NCBI GenBank assembly: GCA_039028735.1
Contig: JBCCHQ010000044.1
Span: 1-37,843 of the forward strand
Origin: Planctomycetota bacterium
Lineage (GTDB): Bacteria; Planctomycetota; UBA8108; UBA1146; JAJFFE01
Length of the DNA: 37,843 bases
Direction of reading: 5' to 3'
The position numbers and the translations under genes were made by a program. Below the pieces are notes generated by a model, which had not been told where the DNA came from, searched no databases, and saw only the letters and a program-made list of their open reading frames with translations. Positions 27,201 to 34,093 of the stretch are shown here, in pieces. Every line of letters begins with the position of its first letter. The stretch's first letter is position 1.

Positions 27201-29516
27201 GCCAAGATCCTCGGAGCCTTGATCGAGATCGATGCTGCAATCGGCAAGCTGCGCTTCGCTCCAAGCGTACGGGCCTTGGCGCAACTCGCTTGGCGAATGC
27301 AACCCGAAGATGCAGCGAAGGAGACGCTGCGGGCGCAGCTGCGGGGGTTTGCAGAAGTCGACGCGCAGTTTCCGGAGAATCGACTGCGTGCTGACTACGA
27401 GATGCGGCTCGTCGACCTGGTGACCGATTGGGAGTTGGGCCATCAACTGTTCCCGGACGTGGATCGAATCAGCGCGGCACGATATCTGGTCGCTGAACTG
27501 CTCGACGGAGAGCAGTTCGTGACGAGCGGAACGGCGGCAGGAATCTGCGACGCGTTGACGAAACATCTCGAATCGACCAAGAGCCGCAAACGCTTCGAGC
27601 AATCCGTCGAAGAACTTGGCGACGACTTGCCGCGCCGCTTCCAGCTGCTCCGTGACTGGGTCTTGGCATTCGTCGGCCACCTCGGGGATCCAGATGCCAG
27701 CAACTATGCCGATGAGGTGGCGCTCCTCTTTGCGATCGACGAAAGAGGGCCGCTGGTGGAAGCGTCGAGCCGGCGCTCGCTCGACGGGATGTTGGGGGAT
27801 CATCGCCGCGTCGAGAACGGTACCTATCAGTTGGACTTCAACCGTTTCTGGGTTCGCCTGAGTGAGTACAACGAGGCGGTAGTGCCGCCGTTTCGTGCTT
27901 TCGAGCGCCTCAAGAAGGAGCTGCTCGCAGAAGAGCGAGAGCTGCTACGACTCGAGGAGTTTCAGCCGCGAGTGTTGAGTTCGTTCGTGCGCTCGCGCTT
28001 GATCGACACTGTCTATCTACCGCTGATCGGCGCGAATCTGGCCAAGCAGATCGGGGTCGCTGGGGAAGAGAAGCGGACGGATTTGATGGGGCTGCTGTTG
28101 CTGATCTCCCCGCCTGGCTACGGCAAGACGACGCTGATGGAGTACATCGCGCATCGACTTGGCATCACGTTCGTGAAGGTGAACGGGCCCGCTATCGGGC
28201 ACCGTGTCACATCGCTTGATCCCGCGGACGCACCGAACTCTGCGGCCAAACAAGAGATCGAGCGCTTGAACCTAGCCCTCGAAATGGGCGACAACATCAT
28301 GCTGTACCTGGATGACATCCAGCATCTGGGCGCAGAGTTCTTGCAGAAGTTCATTTCGCTTTGCGATGCACAACGAAAGATCGAGGGGATCTACAAAGGA
28401 CGTCCTCGGACCTATGACCTTCGCGGGCGGAAGGTCGCCGTCGTGATGGCCGGCAATCCGTTCACCGAGAGCGGGGAGAAATTTCGGATACCGGACATGT
28501 TGGCCAACCGCGCTGATACCTACAACCTGGGCGACATCATTGGGGACAACGCAGACGCGTTCAAACTGAGCTACCTCGAGAACGCGATGACGTCGAATCC
28601 AGTGCTCAATCGCTTGGCGACGAGCAGTCAAGACGACGTGTTGGCGTTCATTCGCATGGGAGAAGGAGCGGGCACGGAGGCTGGGGACCTTGAAGGCAAC
28701 TACTCAGCAAGTGAGGTCGACGAGATCGTCACCACGTTGACGAAGCTCGTGCGGATACGGGACGTCGTATTGACCGTGAACCGCGAGTACATCCGATCTG
28801 CCGGCCAAGCGGACGAGTATCGCACCGAGCCAGCCTTCAAACTGCAGGGATCGTATCGCAACATGAACAAGCTCGCGGAACGTGTCCTGCCAGTCATGAC
28901 CGCGGCTGAGGTTGAAACCTTGATTTTGTCTCACTATGAGAGTGAGGCCCAGACTCTGACTACCGAGTCAGAAGCCAATCTCTTGAAGCTGCGAGAGCTG
29001 CTCGGTTTGCTGGATACGCAGGAACAACAGCGCTGGCAGGAGATGAAGAAGACGTTCGCGCGGAATCTGAAGCTGAAAGGGCTTGGCGACGACGAGAAGG
29101 TCGGCCAGCTGCTCGTGCAGTTGGGCGAGTTCGCCGATGGCATTGGGTCGTTGCGCGAAACTGTCGAGTCGGGGCTTGGAGAGCTGACAGCAGCGCAGTC
29201 GAATGGCGGTGGCAATGGGAGCGATGGGGCAGACGCGCGTTCGCTCGCGGCGCTGGAGGCACTCGTAGCGGAGCTACGGGAGTCTCGCGATCGGACGCCG
29301 TCGGTGAACGTCGTGAACCGAGTTCCTTCGAGCATTCTCAACGTCGTGAAGCAGCAGTTCGAGGTCATGCAGAGCTGGATGGGTCCGCTACTTGCGACGT
29401 TGAGAGATCGCGATGGTTCGTTGCAGCAACTACGAGCCGACCTCGAGCAAACTCAGCGTGACTACCAATCCTTCATCCAGCGATTGGAAGCAGGCGAGGA
29501 GTTCGGCGCCGACTAG
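24276..29516 (+). CDS. Giant cytoplasmic protein (1,746 aa) with a single C-terminal AAA_5 (MoxR/McrB/dynein-like) ATPase module; N-terminal about 1,330 aa without recognisable domains
   Basis: The GTG at 24276 is the first start after an in-frame stop and has GAAGG upstream. The Walker A is LLLISPPGYGKTTL (about aa 1340). The Walker B-like motif is IMLYLDDIQH. The sensor-1 / Arg-finger region VAVVMAGNPFTESGEKFRIPDMLANRADTYNL matches the AAA_5 pattern (aTaNP ... sRf). Residues about 1-480 are beta-rich and about 480-1330 are predominantly helical or coiled. The gene lies 49 bp after the flotillin stop on the same strand. Confidence 0.85.
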   Translation: MEAALTDPSSTPKSSEARLEAGTYEVIRNRLDQHGLALRERLEQLNAARKEVFGAIETRLLATERMTTEHNCVPRDILALGNQLLFGYNVQFGLKTETRPSDVFAVYEYSDWKFRKQELHLLADERFQEDFRELYRYYKKSIFVKFVVRGVFLYAVFRIGAGVSDIKSFKWRLEDERLTYLDNRSDHEVLFPPQHEFEWTRTHRDLHRHGEHPHISIEDRVFVETVGGDLTVKVEDNTESGSGIYAEPVENLDQTLDDAEVFYSCIESIVLLKIRPYQEQQFRYLVFNEKVQQVHRVDSIENSCVLLPDGHGLIFADGYYLQTGELKLFDNQLRNMMFERRVTSPNGEDYLYVFYHRRSGEYVLLSYNVIAQQVATPILCSGFTLAENGELLYFKSHEDPQKHHPIQIWQTPYMDVDFELPDESDSLLFRVGNRDLVRGMAECHDILSLLRKDDSYANLYVDIVKRCNDLLDSCYWIDEEEASQLGEVLREIRAAASSAVGEFDKVVTAKRETRQRVAAVETAARKLVSEVRSARFEEIASFVTALAQLRTIRGEIVGLGELRYVDTTLVEELEFLVAGQSDSCAERCLEFLLQPESLQPYRLEVAAYPEQIEALTTAQQGRDLGVEHEKTAAALEMLIEMVSNLKVDDATRRTEIIDRISEIFTSLNQVRAALKQKLKELGTAEGIAEFSAQLKLLQQSVINYLDLCDTPAKCDEFLTKLMVQLEELDGRFAEFDEFVEEIGEKRQEVYDAFEARKLALSEARSRRAGSLRKTAERILKGIDVRLEALESTNEINSYFASDLMVDKVRDLVNQLIEIDDTVKADEIQSSLKTLRENAVRQLKDRQDLFVDGQSVIRFGPHRFSVNSQPLDLSIVMHDGSLHFHLTGTDFFEPIRNEEFLETRAVWDQHVASESKDVYRGEFLAHDLFQDLADRGADAVSKFHERDEASRIEEVRDFMAPRYHDGYVKGVHDSDAAKILGALIEIDAAIGKLRFAPSVRALAQLAWRMQPEDAAKETLRAQLRGFAEVDAQFPENRLRADYEMRLVDLVTDWELGHQLFPDVDRISAARYLVAELLDGEQFVTSGTAAGICDALTKHLESTKSRKRFEQSVEELGDDLPRRFQLLRDWVLAFVGHLGDPDASNYADEVALLFAIDERGPLVEASSRRSLDGMLGDHRRVENGTYQLDFNRFWVRLSEYNEAVVPPFRAFERLKKELLAEERELLRLEEFQPRVLSSFVRSRLIDTVYLPLIGANLAKQIGVAGEEKRTDLMGLLLLISPPGYGKTTLMEYIAHRLGITFVKVNGPAIGHRVTSLDPADAPNSAAKQEIERLNLALEMGDNIMLYLDDIQHLGAEFLQKFISLCDAQRKIEGIYKGRPRTYDLRGRKVAVVMAGNPFTESGEKFRIPDMLANRADTYNLGDIIGDNADAFKLSYLENAMTSNPVLNRLATSSQDDVLAFIRMGEGAGTEAGDLEGNYSASEVDEIVTTLTKLVRIRDVVLTVNREYIRSAGQADEYRTEPAFKLQGSYRNMNKLAERVLPVMTAAEVETLILSHYESEAQTLTTESEANLLKLRELLGLLDTQEQQRWQEMKKTFARNLKLKGLGDDEKVGQLLVQLGEFADGIGSLRETVESGLGELTAAQSNGGGNGSDGADARSLAALEALVAELRESRDRTPSVNVVNRVPSSILNVVKQQFEVMQSWMGPLLATLRDRDGSLQQLRADLEQTQRDYQSFIQRLEAGEEFGAD

Positions 29517-29530
29517 TGGCGTTTGAAGCC

Positions 29531-30706
29531 CTAGAACGACACGCCCAGCTGTACGGCCCCACCGTAGCTGTCGTCTTCACCTAGCATCCCAGCGATGTCG
29601 AGGTGCAGAATGTCGAACGGCGACAGACCAATCCCCGCCGTGATCAGGTCCGCGGTGCCGTCATCAGCGTCGTGCTGATAGCCCCCTCGTAATGCGAACC
29701 AGCCGGTGTCCAGCTCGGCGCCAAACCGCAGATACTTGGACTCGTCGTCGAGTCCGAAGCGTTCGGTGGGGGTCAGGTCTGCCTCCGCGGCGATTGTGAG
29801 CATTTCGTGTGTCCAGGCAGCACCAATGGTGGCCACTGTGCTGACCGTGTAGTCGAAGGACTGCCCGTTGGTCAGAACCGTTTCGAAATCCTCGGGCGCA
29901 ACGTTGCGGACAACGGCGCCGAACGTCAGGCCCTGCGGCAGCGACACCGTGGCGCCGATGTCGGCGTTGAAGGTCGTGTCGTCGTCCATGAAGACGTCAT
30001 CGTCGTAGTCGTCTTCGTCGAAATTCTCGACGTCGATCGCATAGTTGTACGTGTCCACCCTTTGGTACTTGGGAGTGACCCCAACGGCGACGCCGAAGCC
30101 GGCCAGTTCGAAGCCAAAGGCGACAGAAACGCCTACCTCGGTGACAGCGGCGCTCAGCGCGCGTCCCTCGGACAACAGGTTGTCCAGATCGGCGACACTC
30201 GTAGCTCCAAGGATCAGTGCGGCATCCCCAGGGTCGATTGTCGCGACTGCTGTCGCGTCGGTTCGATTCGTGGCCACGAGAGCGTAGCTGAAGAAGCTGC
30301 CAGGGGCAGCGATGACGACATTGCCACCAAAGGCAGCTTCGAGAGAGCGACCGTTCAGGTCCAACAGCCGATCGATCGCGTTCTGCCTGTCTTGAGGCGT
30401 GACTGTCAGGTTGTTGATCGCCTCCTCGAGCGTGACGACCGAGTCGCGAAAGTCATCGATGCCATCGAGCAGGTCGTCTTCGTCGGTGTAGGTGCCGCCG
30501 ATCGTCGGCAGGATGATTCCGATACTATCGTTCTCGCCGTGTTTCATGAGCAGAGCTGGGTTGGCGAGGGGGGCGCTCACATAGCCCGAAGACGCCACGC
30601 CGACACCACCCATTGCCGAGTTGCGCCCCTCGAAGGTCTGCGAGGAAGCAATGTTCGGAAGGAGGCAGCCCAAGGCGCACGTCGCGATCAGCCAACGGAT
30701 TCTCAT
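29531..30706 (-). CDS. Outer-membrane beta-barrel protein (391 aa)
   Basis: The signal peptide is MRIRWLIATCALGCLLPNIASSQT. The protein has alternating amphipathic beta-strand character with Gly/aromatic richness and a C-terminal aromatic residue (…VQLGVSF). An acidic DEDDYDDD loop is present. A more specific family (TraF-like/FadL-like) cannot be confirmed by eye. Confidence 0.7.
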   Translation of the reverse strand: MRIRWLIATCALGCLLPNIASSQTFEGRNSAMGGVGVASSGYVSAPLANPALLMKHGENDSIGIILPTIGGTYTDEDDLLDGIDDFRDSVVTLEEAINNLTVTPQDRQNAIDRLLDLNGRSLEAAFGGNVVIAAPGSFFSYALVATNRTDATAVATIDPGDAALILGATSVADLDNLLSEGRALSAAVTEVGVSVAFGFELAGFGVAVGVTPKYQRVDTYNYAIDVENFDEDDYDDDVFMDDDTTFNADIGATVSLPQGLTFGAVVRNVAPEDFETVLTNGQSFDYTVSTVATIGAAWTHEMLTIAAEADLTPTERFGLDDESKYLRFGAELDTGWFALRGGYQHDADDGTADLITAGIGLSPFDILHLDIAGMLGEDDSYGGAVQLGVSF

Positions 30707-30827
30707 AGGTTCAGCCCTTCGTGGTGAGTTTCGCGGTACTCCGGGTCAACTGCAGAGCACGTCAGATATATCGGCCGATCCGGTGGGGCTCTGAGGGGGG
30801 CAATTGGTGGGGCGCGCTGCTTTTCTG

Positions 30828-30841
30828 CTGAGAGCTCTCAG
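30828..30841. promoter_or_regulatory. Perfect 14-bp palindrome CTGAGAGCTCTCAG in the divergent OMP/AbgT intergenic region
   Basis: The sequence at 30828-30841 equals its own reverse complement. It lies about 65 bp upstream of the AbgT start (30908) and about 120 bp upstream of the OMP start (30706). Confidence 0.35.
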
Positions 30842-30907
30842 AAAGCCACATCGGGACTCCCAGCTGCGGTACTCTCCTCGCCACAAGAGTCGATAGGGAG
30901 GAAGACC

Positions 30908-32506
30908 GTGGCCGTGAATCCGAAGAAGGGCTTGTTCAGCCGTTTCCTGAACGCTGTGGAGTGGCTGGGCAATCTGTTACCCCATCCGGTGACGCTATTC
31001 GCCGTGATCTGTGTGCTGGTGCTGATCGTCAGTGGCGTAGCTGGCTACTTGGAGCTACAGGTGCCGGATCCGCGGCCTGAGGACGCCAAGGGGCGGTCGC
31101 CCGACGGAGTGATTCGAGCGGTAAGCCTCCTCAATGCCGAAGGGCTGCGACGCATCGGTATGGGGTTGGTGACGAACTTCACGTCGTTTGCGCCGCTCGG
31201 AACAGTCTTGGTCGCCCTGCTGGGCGTTGGTGTGGCTGAACGAACGGGCCTGCTGGGCGCCGGGATTCGAGCTCTTGTGCTGGGGGCGCCGCGGTCGCTG
31301 TTGACCTCGGTCGTCGTGTTTGCGGCCGTCGTCTCCAACACTGCCAGCGAAATGGGCTACGTCGTCTTGATTCCACTGTCGGCAGTTGTCTTCCACTCTG
31401 TAGGCCGTCACCCGCTGGCAGGCATGGCTGCCGCGTTTGCTGGAGTGTCTGGCGGCTACTCGGCGAACATCCTGATCGGGACCGTCGATCCACTGCTCGC
31501 CGGCATCACGACCGAGGCGGCTCGCTTGATCGACCCCTCCTACGCGCCAAACGCGCCCAATGAAGTGCTGCCGACAGCCAACTACTACTTCATGGCGATC
31601 AGTACGTTGATGATCACGGTGGTCGGAACCCTCGTGACCACCCGTATCGTCGAGCCCAAACTCGGACCCTACGATGTCAGCGCTGGCGAAGAGGGCATCG
31701 CCGAAACGACGAAGGATATGGGAGCTCTGTCAGACGCTGAAAAGAGGGGATTGAAGTGGGCGTTCGCGGCGATCGCAGCGATGGCTGCGGTCTTGATCGT
31801 GCTTTGCCTCCCGAACGGGTGGTTCCGAGACCCGGCTGTCGATGGGACGCTAGTGCAGGAGTTACGGCCCATGCTCAAGAGCGTGGTGGCACTGATCTTC
31901 GTCTTCTTTATCGTTCCTTCGGTGATCTACGGGAAAGTCTCTGGGTCGATCAAGAACGATCGTGACGTCATCGATGGCATGGCGAACGCCATGAGCTCGA
32001 TGGGGCTCTATCTAGTTCTCGTCTTCTTTGCTGCGCAGTTTGTCGCCTTCTTCAATTGGTCGAACCTCGGCATCATCTCTGCTGTGAAGGGGGCCGACTT
32101 ACTGCAGCAGTTGGAGCTAGATAGCCCGGTCGTGTTCATCCCGTTCATCTTAATGTGTTGCTTCGTGAACCTGATGTTGGGTAGCGCTTCGGCGCAGTGG
32201 GCGGTCACGGCGCCGATCTTTGTCCCGATGCTGATGTCCGTTGGTTACAGTCCACAGGTGATTCAAGCCGCCTACCGGATCGGCGATTCAACGACAAACA
32301 TCATTACCCCAATGATGAGCTACTTCGGGCTGATTCTCGCGTTCGCCATGCGCTACGAACGGCGCCTTGGGATCGGGACTCTGATCGCAATGATGATCCC
32401 GTACTCGCTGTGCTTCTTGGTGTCGTGGATCGGGCTGTTCTACCTCTGGGTTTTCGTGCTGGAAATGCCGGTCGGGCCCGGCACGCCGACGCACTACAAT
32501 CCTTAG
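30908..32506 (+). CDS. AbgT-family transporter (p-aminobenzoyl-glutamate / MtrF / YdaH family), 532 aa
   Basis: The N-terminus KKGLFSRFLNAVEWLGNLLPHPVTLFAVICVLVLIV matches the conserved AbgT N-terminus. The protein has about 12 or more TM helices. The GTG start at 30908 has a GGGAGGAAG SD. Confidence 0.9.
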   Translation: MAVNPKKGLFSRFLNAVEWLGNLLPHPVTLFAVICVLVLIVSGVAGYLELQVPDPRPEDAKGRSPDGVIRAVSLLNAEGLRRIGMGLVTNFTSFAPLGTVLVALLGVGVAERTGLLGAGIRALVLGAPRSLLTSVVVFAAVVSNTASEMGYVVLIPLSAVVFHSVGRHPLAGMAAAFAGVSGGYSANILIGTVDPLLAGITTEAARLIDPSYAPNAPNEVLPTANYYFMAISTLMITVVGTLVTTRIVEPKLGPYDVSAGEEGIAETTKDMGALSDAEKRGLKWAFAAIAAMAAVLIVLCLPNGWFRDPAVDGTLVQELRPMLKSVVALIFVFFIVPSVIYGKVSGSIKNDRDVIDGMANAMSSMGLYLVLVFFAAQFVAFFNWSNLGIISAVKGADLLQQLELDSPVVFIPFILMCCFVNLMLGSASAQWAVTAPIFVPMLMSVGYSPQVIQAAYRIGDSTTNIITPMMSYFGLILAFAMRYERRLGIGTLIAMMIPYSLCFLVSWIGLFYLWVFVLEMPVGPGTPTHYNP

Positions 32507-32513
32507 CCAGCTG

Positions 32514-33065
32514 CTACGAGGTGAGGTCGAAGTAGCTGGCCGCACTGGGACTTTGTCGCAACAGCTGTAGCGCGTGGTGAAGGCGTGACTTCACGGTGCC
32601 CACAGGCACAGCCAGACGGTCTGCGAGCTCCTGCAACGATAGGTCTTCGACGAAGCGCAGCACGATCACTTCTCGGTGGGTCGCCGACAGTGGAGCGAGT
32701 GCGCTGGCCAACTCAGACGAGACAGGGACGTCTGGGGGCGCAAACAGCGCGGCGGCCGCCGCATCATCGGAGACGAAGCGCTGCCGTTTGCGACGAGCCG
32801 CAATCGCCAGATTGCGGACAGCGGGGTAGAGGAACGTCCGGAGCTGCGCGGTCAGCTGCAGTTGCGGCAGCTTGCGACTCAGGTACAGGAAGACCTCCTG
32901 CATTACATCGAGTGCATCCTCGCGGTGGCCCGTCATCTGGTAGGCGAGGTTGTGAGCCCAGTCGCGGTGCCGCCGGTAGAGCTCCTCGAACGCACGGCCG
33001 TCGCCGCGTTGAATCCGTTCGATCAGCGCCAGGTCGCTGTTGAGGGCTCCATCGTGCTTCTCCAT
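32514..33065 (-). CDS. ECF-subfamily sigma-70 factor (183 aa)
   Basis: Region 2 is LIERIQRGDGRAFEELYRRHRDWAHNLAYQMTGHREDALDVMQEVFLYL. Region 4 is HREVIVLRFVEDLSLQELADRLAVPVGTVKSRLHHA. The ATG has a GGAGG SD at -8. Confidence 0.9.
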   Translation of the reverse strand: MEKHDGALNSDLALIERIQRGDGRAFEELYRRHRDWAHNLAYQMTGHREDALDVMQEVFLYLSRKLPQLQLTAQLRTFLYPAVRNLAIAARRKRQRFVSDDAAAAALFAPPDVPVSSELASALAPLSATHREVIVLRFVEDLSLQELADRLAVPVGTVKSRLHHALQLLRQSPSAASYFDLTS

Positions 33066-33194
33066 CTCGGAACCTCCATGACGGGCGCCGCGGCCAGTTG
33101 CCGCGCTGTTTGTTCAAGTAGCCTAGAGATTTCTCGACTTTCTTTGAACCCCCAGCAAGGCTCGAGCACTTCAGTCTATGGAAAGTGTGTTCTC

Positions 33195-33617
33195 ATGCCT
33201 GACTCAGAAGCTCAGTTCAATGAACGATCGCAGCGACGCCTGAGCCACGATCTCCGAGCGCTCTACGCGGCACCGCCAGTTCCGGCCAGCGTCGACGAGG
33301 AGATCCTCCGTGCGTTGGAGCCCGCGCCGGCGCGCCGCCGCCCATGGGTCCTAGGAACCGGTGCTGCGGCTGCTGCAGTGTTGTTGATCACCGGCATTTT
33401 GGCGTGGTTTGGGCCGCCTCCAACGATCGACGAGCAGCGGAAGCTGGCTCACGACGTCGATGGCAACCAACGTCTAGACATTGTTGATGCGTATCTGGTT
33501 GCCGTCGCGGCAGAACGTGGCGACGCACCACTCTCTTGGGATGTCAACGGGGACGGCAACGTCGATGTTCTCGACGCTACCGTCCTCGCCCAACGGGTCG
33601 TTAGGCTGCCGCTATGA
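33195..33617 (+). CDS. Single-pass membrane protein with a short cytoplasmic N-terminus and an extracytoplasmic dockerin-type repeat pair; candidate anti-sigma factor / signalling partner of the divergent ECF sigma (141 aa)
   Basis: Starting from the ATG at 33195: MPDSEAQFNERSQRRL... (about 50 aa, cytoplasmic), a TM segment WVLGTGAAAAAVLLITGILAWF, then DVDGNQRLDIVDAYLVAVAA and DVNGDGNVDVLDATVLAQRV (dockerin type I-like EF-hand loops). No HxxxCxxC zinc motif is present. The track ORF 32676..33617 is antisense to the sigma gene in its 5' part. Confidence 0.55.
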   Translation: MPDSEAQFNERSQRRLSHDLRALYAAPPVPASVDEEILRALEPAPARRRPWVLGTGAAAAAVLLITGILAWFGPPPTIDEQRKLAHDVDGNQRLDIVDAYLVAVAAERGDAPLSWDVNGDGNVDVLDATVLAQRVVRLPL

Positions 33618-34093
33618 CTCGTACGGCTGCAGGCACAAGGAAGCGGCGCTCGCCGCGAGGTCTTCTTTCCGGATTGTTCGGCTTTGCGCTGCTGGCGGCT
33701 CTTTCGTCGGTGTGCAGTCAGGCTCAGTCTCCAACGACGCCCACGTTTCGCACCTTGGAGTTCTTTGTCGACCTGGGAAGTGTTGAAGCAGAGCTTGCTG
33801 CGTACCAGTTCGAGTTCGTCGAGAGTGCCCAAAGCGCGGTCGTCGTCGGGATCGAAGCCGGCCGCGACTTTCCCGAAACCCCGTACTACGACCCCAAAGC
33901 GTTGCGCGGGAGCCGCGTCATCGTTGCGGCATACACGCTGGCGGCAGAATCGACGCGCGGCAAGTGCCACGTGGCGACGTTGCACCTAATGGAAACCAGT
34001 GCGGACCCCAAGTATCAGGTCGACTTGATCGTTGCGGCGAACGCCGAGGGCACACCTACTACGGCCACGATTTCGTGGACGGAAGGACAATGA
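33614..34093 (+). CDS. Small secreted protein (159 aa), translationally coupled to both neighbours
   Basis: The start ATG overlaps the upstream stop (ATGA at 33614-33617). The signal peptide is LLSGLFGFALLAALSSVCSQA. The mature part of about 125 aa is predicted beta-rich, with no recognisable family. Its stop overlaps the start region of the next gene. Confidence 0.5.
   Translation: MTRTAAGTRKRRSPRGLLSGLFGFALLAALSSVCSQAQSPTTPTFRTLEFFVDLGSVEAELAAYQFEFVESAQSAVVVGIEAGRDFPETPYYDPKALRGSRVIVAAYTLAAESTRGKCHVATLHLMETSADPKYQVDLIVAANAEGTPTTATISWTEGQ

Noticed and set aside
32676-33194. 5' part of the 313-aa + ORF 32676..33617
   Set aside because: It is antisense to the well-supported ECF sigma gene (32514..33065). 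Only the segment from the ATG at 33195 onward (TM + dockerin) looks like a real protein.
33066-33194. Search for an ECF-type (GGAAC-N16-CGTC) autoregulatory promoter upstream of the sigma gene
   Set aside because: Only weak, mis-spaced matches (TGAAC / GCAACT ... CCGTC with a 13-nt spacer). They are not convincing enough to annotate.
33964-34089. Track start at 33964 for the VIT/VWA gene
   Set aside because: It would overlap the preceding gene by 130 bp in another frame. The ATG at 34090 has a good SD and gives a proper signal peptide.
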